This document shows, piece after piece, positions 10,610-23,435 of a stretch of 64,000 nucleotides of DNA (positions are counted from its first letter, which is position 1; each line of letters starts with the position of its first letter). Under the pieces are notes generated by a model. It saw only the letters and a program-made list of their open reading frames with translations. It was not told where the DNA came from and ran no database searches. Source of the DNA: Isurus oxyrinchus (lineage: Eukaryota); the NCBI GenBank assembly GCA_026770705.1, contig JANJGN010000004.1, forward strand, positions 195,796,001-195,860,000, in the 5' to 3' direction. The position numbers were made by a program, and so were the translations under genes.

Positions 10610-13530
10610 CACAGAACAAGAGGCCATTTAGTCCATCATGTCTACATTAGCTCTCTAAGAGCAATTCAGCCAGTGTCACTTTCCCCATAGCCTGCAAAAA
10701 AAACCCTCCAGATAATCCAATTCCCTTTTGAAGGTACAATTGGATTGGTGTCCACCACTCAGGTAGTGCAAATCAGACCCTAAACACTCAGTTTGTCCCT
10801 CGTGTTTGCGCCAATAACCTAATTTAGCATCCTCTGGTTCACAACCTCTGACTGATGGGAACAGTTTCTCCCCATCTAATCTATCTAGACCACAAAATTA
10901 ACACCAAACCTCCCAACCTTTTTATCCAAGGAGGGCCCCAAGTGATGAGTCACTTGGATTTTTCTTACTTCTCAAAAATCCTCCCTGATGTCGGCTCCCA
11001 GAATTAGACCCCAGTTCAGCCTGATTCAAAAGGTTATAATTTCCTCTTTCATACCTCGATTTAAGGCCCTAAATCCCGTTCTGCCTTTTTACAATCACTC
11101 AGCTACCCTGCCACCCTCAATTTGTGCCCCAGGCCTCTGATCCTTCATCCCAGTTCTTTAAAAATATTGCCTTATTCTTCCGATCAAACAAGTATAGTAC
11201 CATATGGCCCAGAACCAGTGCTGCCATCAATAGGATTATGGCTGATTTTAGGCCTAAAGCCATATGCCTCAACTCCCAGAGGCTAAAAATCCATATTTCT
11301 ACCTTGTATACTAGATGGGATGAGCACCCAGAGCAAAGTCTGTCTTAAATGATTGCAACCTTATGCTGAAGGAGTCAGTGTTTCAGATTCCCTGACCAGT
11401 GGGAAGAGTCCACCCTGTCAGGCCCTTTCAGAATCTTGTATATTTGCTTCAATGAGATCACTTCATTCTAACTGAGAATTATAGACCCAATTTACTTTGC
11501 CTCCCACCATAGGTCAACCCTCAGCCTGCTGTACCACCTTCAAACTATATCCTTCCTTGCATATGGCAACCAAAGCTGCGCAGTATGCTAGGTGTGGTGG
11601 TAACAGAAGGTTAATAAGCGAAACTGATGTTGTGTATCTAGATTTTCAAAAGGCATTTGGTACAGGGCCACACAGGCTAAGCAAAATTCTAGGTCATGAA
11701 AAGAAGGGAAAGTAGGTACTTGCGTAATGAGTGACAGGAAACAGTTGTGATAAATGGTAGTTTCCCACATCGGAAGGAAGTTTGGAATGGAGTTCCCCAG
11801 CGGTCAGTGTTGGGACCCTTGCTGTTCCTGAGATAAATTAATGACCTAGACTGGTGTGCAGGGCATGACTTCAAAATGTGCAGATAAGGTTGGAAATGTC
11901 AGCTGCGATGGGGATAATCTTGAGCTTCAAAGAACATAGTGAAGTTAGTGGATTGGGTAGATCAGTAGCAAATGAAGTTCAATGTAGAAAAGTGAGGTGA
12001 TTCATTATGGCAGGAAAGATATGGAGACAGTATAAGGGAGGGACCTCTATATATACATAGGGCATTTGGGGAGACCAGTTAAAGCATATATTGTATCTTA
12101 AGCTTTGTTAATGGCAGGCATTGAGTACAAGAGTAAGGAGGTCACGTTGCACTTGTGTAAGGCACTAGTTAAAGTCTCGTCTGGAATACTGCATCCAGTT
12201 TTGGGTGCCATACTTAAGGATATGAAGGCATTGGAGTACAGAAGAGATTCACAATTAAATGACTCCATGGATAAAGAACAGTAGCTATGAGGATAGATTG
12301 GAGGGGTTGGGACTCTTTCCTTAAAGAGAAGGCAGCTGAAAGGAGACTTGGTAGAGGTATTCAAGATCCTAAGGGATGATGGACAGGGTAAATAGTTTGA
12401 AACTGTTCCCACTCAAGGGTACATCAAGAGCTAGAGGGCACAGATTCAAAATTGGCAAAAGGAATAAAGGAAAAATCGAGGGTGGTTGGAGTGTGGTGCA
12501 AACTTCTAGAGGGTGGTGGAGGCAGGTTCAATCGAGATATTCAGAAGGGAATTGGATTGCTATCTGAAAAGTGAATGTGCAAAGTTATGGGGATAAGGAG
12601 GAGAGTGGGACTAGGTGGAATGCTGAGAGCCAGTGCAGACTCAATGACCTTCTGCACTGTAAAGATTCTGTGATTCAATTTTTAGCTTAAGTCTATTCTT
12701 TTACTCCAATCCCCTTGTATTAAAGGGCAACATGCCATTTTGCCTTCCCAATTGCATGCTGCACTGTACCTGCATGTTAGATTTTGCATTCCTTGTACAA
12801 GTCCCTCTGCGCATTTACAAGTTTCTCACTTTAAATATTCTACTTTTCTATTCTAACAACCAAAGTGAATAGCCTCCCTTCCCTGCATTATGCCACTGTT
12901 GCCTACTGACCACCTTTGCAGCCTGTCCCCAGCTTACATTTCCACCTAGCTTTATCAAACTCGCATTACTTTGTATAAAGCTGAGGCCCCAGCACTGACC
13001 CTTACAGCATTAGTCACAACCTACCAACTTAAATCCCCATTTATCTTACTCCACTTCCTGTTCATTAACCAATCCTACGCTAATATCACCCAGGTGTATT
13101 AACCTTGGGGCACCTGGAAATCAAAGAATCCTACATCTTACCTCCTCCAGCAGCTGATCCAATTGCCCTTTCAGAAAACATGGGCTTTGACCACACCATT
13201 TAATAGCATTAATGATTTCAGCACTAGACTGATGTTTGGTTACCTGACCCATAGCTCCAGTTTCTTACTTTCTTGGTGTTACATTTGCAAACTTCCAATC
13301 CATGGGATGGTTATTCCAGGGAATTTGGAAAAAACCAACCATCTCTGCAGTTCTGAACCATAGGGTAGATCCACGAGGCCCTGGGTATTTGCCCCTCTAG
13401 TTTCTCCAGAAAGAGAAACTAGGGACAAAGTGAGGTAATTAATACAGGTGACAAGTGTTTGTCTCCGCTGATTCAATGATTTCTCCCATTTGCCTTCAGG
13501 AATGAACAGGCCTTGCAAAAGTTCATCTTT
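10610..13530. mobile_element. Cluster of nested CR1 fragments (minus-strand host; plus-strand insert at ~11620-12675)
   Basis: Plus strand has DVVYLDFQKAF and GVPQRSVLGP motifs ending in a gattctgtgattc tail. Minus-strand CR1 remnants flank it on both sides. Confidence 0.75.
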
Positions 13531-13899
13531 ATATTTGATTAATTCTATTGATTTGGTTTGTAAAATTCAGGCTTACTATTCTAAGAATAGTGTTTGATTA
13601 AAAAGGGCTCATTTTTCCGAGTAAGGCATTGATATCTTTTCCTTGCTGTATCACCTCATTTCAGTTTGCATCTCAGGTGAATTGGACTAATAGTCATGTT
13701 TGTTACACAGGATGTGGTCTCCTCTACTTGGGTGATCACTACTAACACCTGCTCAGTACTTATTGCTATTTTAATTCTGTCCCATCAGCTGCCTTCTGCA
13801 CTGCAATGAAGTGAGGTCAGAACCTGGAAGGCTATAAAGTGCTGAATCAAGATGCTGACTTCAGGTAATTAGGCAACCCTCCCAAACCCATCTTGTCTA

Positions 13900-14830
13900 A
13901 CCCTTCACTTGTACCCTCCTGCCTTCATCTTGGCATCATAACTGATCATAGCTCTTATGGACATTGAAATTTTAAAAAAGTTTTGCTTAAAAAAGACATG
14001 TAAGCAAAAGCTGGCCAAGACTGTAAAGTAACCACTTGCTGGAAAGTTCCTAGTCCAGAAAGAATTAGAATGTCACACCAAAAAAGGTGAAAGCCCACTT
14101 TAGACACTTAAGGAAAAAAAGAGGTGCAATGCAAAAAACTGATTTGCAATGTCATGTGATTGCAGAGATAATGGAATTTTGATACCATCTATCTCAGTAG
14201 AAACCATCTCCTGCTGAGTTATATCCCAGACTGGACATGCTGAGAGTTGAAAGCAGATTTTGGACAAAAGACATGTTTGTTTTTCCATTCCAGGAATACA
14301 CAAGAAAAAGGATTTTAAAAAGCCAACTGCAACCCTGGTCTGTGTACTAGTTGTGTTCTGGTGCTAGGGTGCACTGTTAACGTCATAGCTGAAGATCAGG
14401 TAGGCAGCTGTGCTTGCCTCCAGCAATGAGACTGACAGGCAAGTCAAAGCCACAGTTAAGGAAACAGGACAACTCCTTCAGTTAACCTGCAGAACTGAGT
14501 GTCTCCAAACCAACTACCAAAGTCAACTCCACCAGAATCACCCAACTTCATGGTTGCAATGGTTCATCTACTGCTCATGGACAAGCCAAAAACTAATTTT
14601 TATACCTCTTATTTTTGGACTCATTTCTAATCTGTATTGGTTTTTCTTACGGGTTTAACTAAAATTGATTCAAGCAGTCTTTGTTGAATTGGCTCTTAAG
14701 AACATTTGGACTGGGAAAGGTATCCCTTTTAAAATTAACCTTGTGACCAACTGAGGGGGTTGATTAAAGAGGAGCAGGTTCATCCCTCATTGAGGATAAA
14801 TTGGGGGACCCTTCTTGGGGATTCGTCATA
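13900..14830 (+). repeat. Dispersed repeat, possible solo LTR; 3' part homologous to 61570-61807
   Basis: Shared blocks aattggctc...ctgggaaa..gtatcc...gtgaccaac...gttcatccctcat...ggat(t)cgt(c/a)a occur in both places. The 5' boundary is uncertain. Confidence 0.4.
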
Positions 14831-15229
14831 AGACTCTTTTTCCCCCCCCCCTACTCCCATCCTTGTTCTTTCCCCAATTCCATACTCCCTTAACATGTTA
14901 CATCACCAACCTTTCCAGTTGACAAGGTCATTGGCCTGAAGGGTTTGCCATTTCTCCTCATGCTGGCACATGTTGAGCATTTTCTCAAACAAGCATTAAC
15001 TTTAAAATTTGGATCAAAAAGGTTACAGTTGTTAAAGTTTTATTGCTCCTTTGAATCCAGGGATTTATTGCTCAGGGAATCCAAGCAGTTTTGCATTCAC
15101 TTCAAATCAGGTTCTAGTATACAGTTGTGCCCCCCTCCATTCTCTCAACTCCCCTCCCCACCAAACTAGAGCTTAGACAGTGCAAATCTGGACTGTTCAG
15201 GTACTTCAGATTGAATGACGACAAATTAG

Positions 15230-16694
15230 AATGATGCATCAATACATTTAATAAAAGACCACAGTACAGATAGATTACATTTTAATAGTTACACAGCTTT
15301 ATATAAACATTCTACATTTCCAGTTTGAGCTACTGAGTTCGATATCTGGATGGACACAGTCCCAGGGCTGGCAAGGATCAGGTAGAACTGCAGTAGCTGC
15401 CAGAGTGTTTTATTGGTGATTCCATGGGCAAGAACCTGCTCTAACAATTGGAGATGGTGATCCTGAAAATCAGTATCAACAAAATCAGCATCTTAAAACA
15501 CTAGAACTAATGGAGATGTCCCCACTTCCATGAACATGGATAATACATCTGTAATGGACAAATGCATGTGTATAGATGGTGGTACCACCTCCCACTTTAG
15601 GTGAATGGTCAGGATGTGTATGCCAAGATTACAAGGTGCAAGGACATCATTGTAGGAGCTGGCAAAGCCATCATTTAGTTTGAGTGTTCGTTGTGAACTA
15701 TATAGAACATTTAGTGCACTCACACTACATCTCTAGTGGCTGATCTAGTTGTGAAGGGTGGCTGTGCATTTGGAAAGGTTTAATTGGCACATCTATATTG
15801 TTCCCATAGGTAAAACTTATGGTAGAGAAGAGCCAATAAAATTTATCCTGGTTATGATGGTAGTGTGGATAGATAAAGCCAAACATTTAGAACATTTTTA
15901 GAAAGTCTAGAAAGAATTCATTTGGCTTAGGAAGGTCCTTGTTACCTCATTTTACAAATTCTTCCATTGAAAGGCAGACTCCAGTTTAACATACAAGATG
16001 TGCAAAATTAGCATTTCTTGGTTTCAACAGGCTCTCCAAAAGTGAAGGTTTCCAATTGTTCAAAGTGCTGCTATTCTAGAATGATAATTGAAGATACATG
16101 CAGTGCCAGACACTACATGCCAGATATCTAACAGCATGCATCTCCAGTCACCATCAGGATGAAATCAGTTTAACATTACAAGTAGTGATTTTACCCAGTG
16201 TAATGTTCTAGACTGCATTTCAAACCCTTCAGGTGTCCAGAGAGAGCAGACACTGTTCAATCAAGACACTGAAGTGACAGTGATCAGCAGTCAGGTGGTT
16301 CTTGCTTAAAGCCAACGGCAGTAGGTCCACAAACTCAAAAAGTCAAGATCAAAACGTAAGACCATTCCATTCCAACAGCAAGGCTGGCAACAGGAATTAA
16401 ACAAAACCCATCATTACTCTGAGGTCACTTGAATTCTTAAGCCAAAAGGATTTTCTGGCTTGTAAAGTAGTAAAACAGCCATCTTAACAAAAAGAGCAAG
16501 GCTACTTGGCTGCATAGATAATTCCTCCTAGTCACTGGTGACCTGAATTAGTTAGTGACAATCCACAGCAAGCCAGAAATCCTTCCAGTAAGAGGACACG
16601 AATCACTTGTCTGATGAAACCTGATTCACTCATCAACCCTTGTGTGCGCAAAGGCTGCTTGATAGTCAAATCCAGAAGATCAAATTTGGGGTGC
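15230..16694 (-). other. DAB2: DAB2 terminal exon (3'-UTR only)
   Basis: Acceptor ccttctctcctcAG at 16696-16695 pairs with the donor GTAAGT after the stop exon (17403). Unique AT-rich sequence ends at ATTAAA signals. The 3' end is inferred. Confidence 0.65.
15247..15286 (-). terminator. Candidate DAB2 polyadenylation signals (two ATTAAA with TGTA elements)
   Basis: Plus-strand tttaat at 15247-15252 and 15281-15286, with TGTA motifs around them on the minus strand. AATAAA alternatives at ~15408 and ~15038. Confidence 0.5.
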
Positions 16695-17420
16695 CTGAGG
16701 AGAGAAGGCAATGGTTAACCACCACATTAAGACTGTGTTTTTTATAAACAACCCATCACAAACTCCACATATGTAACAGCCACCTAACCTCAGCTAAACA
16801 TCTTTCACTGAATACTTCAACTATTCAAGACAGTCTTTGCACAGGTTTTGAGACTTTGACTTCACTTAAAAGGAAGTGACAAGACTAGCACATCTGTTCA
16901 AGATGGAGAGCTAAAAGTTTCACAATGACTACATTAAACATGCTGAGGTTAGATAAAGTAGTTCCTTTCACTCTAGAGTAGACATTAAACACACATTTTC
17001 TCTACAGCCATCTTCAAGATTTTGATTTGCTAATTAGGACCATACTTTATACTGCTGTCTAAATGGATCAGTGTTCCCATGCATTGCAGGGATTGGGTAT
17101 TCAATGGCCAATTTATTCTTGCAACATAAAAAACCCAACTCTTGTAGTCATTAGATTCAGTGTCTGTTGTGAGTTCTCACTGAAGTGAGAAAATCTTTTG
17201 ATGGTCAGGTGGGTATTACTTGATTGAAGAGGGTTCAGTCAGATTGCACTTGTCTAGTTGTAAAGTACCTGTTAGAGTATTAGTCTCATGTCTCACTATG
17301 ACTTGAAACATCCTATCTTACTGAATTAAAACTATCAATTGAAGATCCATTGTTGGAAGGTGACCAATGTTACAAATCAGGAGCACAAAACAGATATACT
17401 TACAGATAATGTAGAGAATG

Positions 17421-17480
17421 TTACACAAATGGGTTTCCAAAGGGATCTCCAAATGGATCAGATGGTTGAGCAGGAATAGC
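17421..17480 (-). CDS. DAB2: DAB2 last coding exon (AIPAQPSDPFGDPFGNPFV*)
   Basis: Acceptor cttttAG, phase 0. C-terminus matches human DPFGNPFA. TAA at 17423-17421; the exon continues as UTR to 17404. Confidence 0.93.
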   Translation of the reverse strand, partial: AIPAQPSDPFGDPFGNPFV

Positions 17481-18889
17481 CTAAAAGAGTTAGGTTTTGC
17501 AGTTAGGTCAAGGCTGTTTGTATCAAAGCTATTAGCTGGATACGAGGAGGCATTACTGGCCCATGTTAATAGCCAGATTCACATTGGTAGATCAAACTAG
17601 TCACTGTTTAAAATGACCACTTCAGAGGTAGAGCATTGGTTGAATGTAATGTTTAGAAGTAAAAGTATCAAAAAAGAATTGCAGGGATATGGAAAAGTGG
17701 TACTAAATAGATTGCAAGTCAGCAGACTTGTTGGGTTGAATGGCCTCCTATACTATTGTGTTATGCATAGGCTGGATACATGTTGAGAGGTGACCACAGA
17801 GTGTGTCTCGCTGGGTGGGAAACCTGCAAGAAACAGTACTGTAGGCATACAATGGTTTTGACAGCAAGTTAGATGATTCACTGCACCAGCTCACCAGACT
17901 CTGATGGGGACTAATCACCCACAGCCCCCACACACAGGCTGGATTCAGGGAGTATGGGAGAAAAAGTTCAGAGGGAATTGGAGCTGTGTTTAGGCTGGAC
18001 TGAAAAGAATGTAGATAAAGTCAGGGATATGCAGGAGGCCAGATTTGGAGGGAGAGAAAACTTGAAAACTAGGGTGAGATTTTAAAAAAGTGGGGCCATT
18101 AGCAGGCTAGCATAGAACTGAATGACTGGATTTAGAGGCAAAGGCTGAGGCTTTCAGTAAACAGGCTGGGGTGATGGCAAGAGATGGGAGAGATTAGAAA
18201 GGCAGAATTGGGAGATGGGGAGATGAGAGAGAGGTGGAAGTGGGCAGACTTTGGACACCGAGCTGGAGGTCAAATAGGACAATGCTGCAAGTGGTTTGGT
18301 TCAGCTTGTGATCAGGAAGCAGGATAAGAGAGAAGGTACATGTTTAAAATTCAACAGCTCAATTTAACTTCGAGATAAACCCTTACAAGGATTAAAAATT
18401 AAATCAAGCCAATTTCTAGCTAAGTCAAAGCCAAATCTTTCATTTTGGGTGACTGGGGTGGTGGGAGAGGTGCAGGGAGAATACCAAAAAAGAGGAAGTT
18501 CTGGATCTACCACTGTGGCAGTTTCTAAAAGTGAAAAGTTACCAAATTAAATATTGCTGAGACATTAATCTTTTCATCTTGCACTCAGGACAAATGCAAG
18601 AATGCCAACATTTCAAAATCAATTTGTGAAAGGAATGTGGATTTGTATTGGAACGATATTGATGATAGTTTGAATTTGGTCTTGTATACCTAGTACAAGT
18701 TGCTTGGCAGTACAGAGCTTGAATATTTTTGAAAAGAGACATTGCTGAAATTTCACTATTTGCTCTGATGAGTGTGAGGTGAGAAACTTTAGCAGCAAAG
18801 TTGTCTCTTCAGTAATATTCAACTTCTGCACTACCAACTGACTTAGTTCCACTATTCCTCAAGCCAACAATATGCACATTTATACTCAC

Positions 18890-18978
18890 TGGTGCCGGTG
18901 AAGTAATAAATGGATCTCCCATAGAGTCAAATGGATTCGGTGTTGGTACACTCTGTCTAGGTGGTGCTGTTGGGGCTT
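18890..18978 (-). CDS. DAB2: DAB2 coding exon 12 (EAPTAPPRQSVPTPNPFDSMGDPFITSPAP)
   Basis: tttAG acceptor, GTGAGT donor, 89 nt, phase 1 to 0. Homologous to human EPPKPAPRQ...NPF. Confidence 0.9.
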
Positions 18979-19614
18979 CTAAAGAGGAAAAAAGTCAAAA
19001 TCAAGGACATGGCAAATGAAGCAGGCCCAGGTTTTGGTAGGTAACAAAACAAAGAACAGCCTCAAGTGGAACATTAAATTATTGATCCCTTCAGGTGATT
19101 AACTACTGCACTAACTCCTTTCCACACTTCCATTGAAGATGCTCTCTCCACCCATTACCAACTCAGTAAATGCAGAAGTCACCACCCCAAATTCCCCTTA
19201 CATGGCAAAGATGCTAGAATTGAGTCAATTTTAAAAGCCATCCATTCATTTCAGAATTAATCTGCACTGGATCCTAATCTGTATCAAATTCCCCTGGGTT
19301 ACTGCCCCTTTCTTTCCCTCAAAAGCAGTCAGCATTATACCATTTTCCCCACCCACAGATCACAAGCAGCTTCTCAGGGCAACTCCACTGGGGAGATTCT
19401 ATGACTAGGCGGCTAGAGTTACCACAGCTTTCTGGTAGCTGACTAAAGTAACATTTAACTTGCCCTTAGATCTCTACAGTTACAGGTAGAGAAAGTGAAG
19501 CCTGCATTTACTTGCTCTGGAATGAAACAGGAAATAGCAGTAAATCTAGATAAGTGGGTAGCTACATAAGCCTCAGGGTAAGCAATTCCTGTGCACCTTA
19601 TGTTATTTGATTAC

Positions 19615-20256
19615 CATTTGTCCCTACAGATGAGATTTGATTGATGTCAAAGTCATCATGGTCAGCAGTTTCTTGGGCAACACCCACTTTACTAGTGAAA
19701 TACTGGCCAAAAGCTCCAGTTGCCCCAGGGACTGCAGATTGCTCACCCTTCCGAGCTGGGATGGCTGGGGGCTTGGCAATCTGGAAGTCTTTAAACATTT
19801 CTTTGACACTCTTCTTCTCTTTGTCTCCTAGTGGGTCCAAGGCAGTGAAAGCATTGCTTTGTGGCTTGGCTGTCTCCTGTGGACTGGCCTGAGGGGTAAG
19901 TCGTGGTGGTGGTTGAGGTGGGGACAATGAGACCCCAGCAGGAGATGTCAGGCCAATGATGGGTTGTGCCATAGGAAGGGATTGTGCAAATGGATTGGAT
20001 CCAAAAGGGTTGACTTGAGGAACTGGCTGACCCCAGACACTGGGTGGTGCTAAAGTTGGTTGGCCCCAAGCAGAGGATGCAGATGCAGCTCCAAATGGGG
20101 CCGATTGGCTCCAAACAGTAGTAGGCTGACTACCAAAGACATTGGGCTGTCCAAAGAGAGGTTGTGGGCCAAGTAATGGCCTTGAAGGCATTGATCCAGG
20201 TTGAGAGATTACTGGAGGTTGTCCCCATGGTGCAGCCTGGGAAGGTGCAGGTAAAC
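19615..20256 (-). CDS. DAB2: DAB2 coding exon 11, proline-rich / myosin-VI-binding region
   Basis: PPQPPPR...AFTALDPLGDKEKKSVKEMFKDFQ...PPAIPARKGEQ...YFTSKVG...DHDDFD. 642 nt, phase 1 to 1, AG/GT borders. Confidence 0.96.
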
Positions 20257-20843
20257 CTAGGACAAAAGAACACATTAAATTCAATTTTGGTTTACAGCTT
20301 ATTCTCTAAAGAATGAGTAGCCACCCCTCAAAATACCCAAAGGAGGGCAGAATGTTGAGGAAATGTTGATCCAGGGGATTTACATAAGGCACTAGGAAAA
20401 TATTGTCTCAAAAGCCAAACCACTTCTATTGTTGCCCTAACTACCCATTGAGACTGGTGTGGTCCCTTGTCCAAAAATTGGAAAAAGAGTGTACAACTGT
20501 GACCTGGCAATCAAGTGAGGAAAGCCACAAGCCTAGAGTTTTTGGGTTAAAAAGACTAGAGTAAATCTACCTGCTTCAAGCCAAGAGTTGTAACTTACTG
20601 CTGGCAGCAAGCCTACATCTTAGATGGTGTATTAAACCCAAAGGCAAAACATTGATTGATGGCTTACATTACCTGCAGATAGAGAGGGGGTAATGGCTAC
20701 CCAAAGTAGATATATATTGCAGTATAAAAAAGGCCAAAGATATCCAGAGTTATCCACAAAAGCATTGATAAGCAAATTAACAGGTGTAACAAAATGGTTG
20801 AATATTGCACCATTGCAGTTTGGTTGCTTGTAGAAGGTCCTAC

Positions 20844-20967
20844 CTGGGCTGACCTGTGTAGATGAGGAAGTTGGTGCATTGAGTAGAGGATAACCATGGC
20901 CAGGCTGGGCTGGAGGTGGAGTTGTTGCCAAAACAAATGGACTGGATCCAAAGTTATCACTTGTCAA
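20844..20967 (-). CDS. DAB2: DAB2 coding exon 10 (LTSDNFGSSPFVLATTPPPAQPG...SPG)
   Basis: ttctttttAG acceptor and G|GTAGGA donor. 124 nt, phase 0 to 1, which bridges the neighbouring exons. Low sequence conservation. Confidence 0.75.
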
Positions 20968-21530
20968 CTAAAAAGAACATGGAAAACCAAACAGCTCATT
21001 ATATCTAAAGATCAAAAACTACCTGGCATCAATTGCCCAATATTAGACCAGATGTTCAACTCAAATATCAGGAAGTGTTGGCTTGGTCTGGATTTGGGCC
21101 TCAAGAGCAAGGGGCCAGCTCACAACACTAAGCTAATGTTCCCTCTGAGCAACCAGATTCATCTGAATGTTGGAGGAGGAAATGAGATCTGAGCCAAACT
21201 CAATGTTCTCCATTAGCATCCAAGCTTTTGGTGCTTCATCAGTTCTAAATAAAATCTGTCCCAAATTCAACCTGGAGCATTACAAAAACAAGGCTCAGTG
21301 AGGATCTTGGAAAGGTTAAAGCCAAATGTTTATTGCATACAGAACACAAGTTCAAGTATTTTAACTTCAGGTAGCAACTTTCATTTCTCCCACGGGAAAG
21401 TAGTCTATAGCCTAGATGATCAAAAAATTACATAGGACCACAGTATCAGGTGACTGAAAGATGCTTATACTAGTGTTGAGTAAAATGGTTAGTAGTTTTG
21501 AAAATTGAGGGGTTAGATATTTTTCTTCAC

Positions 21531-22112
21531 CTGAATGTTCCGCCTGCCTCGTCCTCCTTTTGTGCTTTGTGGTGGAGGGGATAATGTAACCGAGTCAAAG
21601 GTCTGCATCAGGAGGGAATCCATTTGCTTGTTTGCAGCACTTTGAATGTCTGGCTTTAACCCGTTGTGTGCTGGTGATGCAACAGCTGAAATTTCAGCAA
21701 AAGGGTCAGGTGCTGATTGGTTAACTGGATCAGTTGTTTCCTGTCCTAGTAATCCATTCAGTGACCAGGATGAAGAGTCAACTTTTGTGCTTGTGACAAC
21801 CCGGCTAGAAAGCTGGTCAAAGTCATGACCAAGGTGATCTCCACTCTGGGCGCCATTGACAGATTGATCACTTAGGAAAGTAAGAGCTCCATCTTTCTGA
21901 TCAGTAAGTTTTATAGAATCAACCGATTGAGAAGATGTTGATTGGTTAGATTCAGAAAAAGGATCATTCCTGAAAGGATTGGGATCAGGTTCAGGAAAGA
22001 AGTTGAGTGAGGAAGCATTGGTGTCTTCATGAAAAGGATTTCTTTTCGTACAGGTGTTCAAGGGGTCCAATTCAGGAGAGGACAAGTCCAGCAAGTAACC
22101 ACCATTATTTTC
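21531..22112 (-). CDS. DAB2: DAB2 coding exon 9, large central (p96-type) exon with clathrin-box-like LLDL and DPF/NPF motifs
   Basis: ENNGGYLLDLS...NPF...LNFFPEPDPNPFRNDPF...PPPQSTKGGRGRR. 582 nt, phase 0-0, AG/GT borders. Confidence 0.93.
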
Positions 22113-23435
22113 CTAATCATTGATAGAAAGAAGTGTCAAGACTTAAATCAGAGAACCAATAATCACCAACACAAAAGCTTCAAGAATCATTCTAGAAATA
22201 TCAAGGGGAAAAAGAATCCTTACCTTCTCAGAATATAAAATATTTTACAAGAATAGAAACTATGGATGGAATTGCCTACATCCATGCTGGAAAATGAAAA
22301 TGTTGCAGATTTCCAATGCAGGAAATGTGGGCATCATTTGTCAGTTCAAGATCAAAAAGAATCAAAAAATTGTACCATACCAAACCATGTACTAGATACA
22401 CCATTAATCCCCTGCAATTGCACAACTTTCAAAACAGAAAAATTTAAGCTGAGAATTTGGGTGTAGAAATTTAATTTTATCCTTAGGAGACAAGTGTTCA
22501 ATTTTTGCATTTTTTTTATTGCAACAGTACAAAAGCAGGAAATGATTTGGGAGTCAATCTCAGGCCATTTAAAATGGATCTGAAATTTCACTCAAAAGGT
22601 TGAGAAGCTTTGAATAGCACTTGGTAGAAAATGCAGAACAAGACTACAATTCAATGACTGCGCACAAGGAAATCCAAGGGATGATATGGGGAAATTTGAA
22701 CAGTCTAACAGGTTTGAGGGGCTGCAGGACCCACTAGTGCTCAGGCTTCCAAAACTGGAAGCCAATTAATTACCTGAACCATCCGAAAGGTTAAAGGTCA
22801 AGGGGAGATGGATACAGCATCTTCCCAGTAATGAGCTACAAGTGAGGTATTTGTTCAACCAGGATGTAGTTGCTGTTCAAGACCCAAGTTTCTCCTCATT
22901 TGAAGGACTTCTACAGTAGTGACAAATTAAGTGGGAAAGGACAGAGCCAGTCCTTCTCAACTCATGGGAAAAGCGGTGACTGAAACTTGCCTAGACAAAG
23001 ACTGAATCATGCAATGCTTGGCACAGAAAAAGGATCTCTTGACCACCTGCAAGGCTTTGGGATCACCAAGTCTTTAATGTCCTTCATTATAGAAAACTAT
23101 TTCTTCCTTCCCCCACCACCTTTATTCAGACTTTGCCCCCTGGGGAAGGAGCCCATTTACTTCTTGGCCTTCAGTTTTTGCAATTAACTGAAATCTCATC
23201 AGAATAAACCCAGTTCAAGTCCTCCATGAACTGGTTAAAATTAGGTAGAGTTTAGTACAGGCTTTAGTTCCATCTACGCCAGCCCATGGATCAGATAATC
23301 ATTTCCACCACATTGGAAAACAGAGGCCAAATGAGCAGGACCATTTGTACACAGTTGCAGTTAACATCCCCTTTAAAAAAGGGGCAGAGATTCCGAGTTA
23401 AATCGAAAACTTGCCCAGATGAGGGGACAACTTCA

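Noticed and set aside
18539-18852. Overlapping ORFs just after coding exon 12 (alternative C-terminus?)
   Set aside because: In-frame read-through of the exon stops after ~26 codons, and the other frames have no recognisable motifs.
22773-22910. AG...GT-bounded segment resembling an extra DAB2 exon
   Set aside because: It has stop codons in the frames I read and no homology. A poison exon cannot be supported without RNA data.
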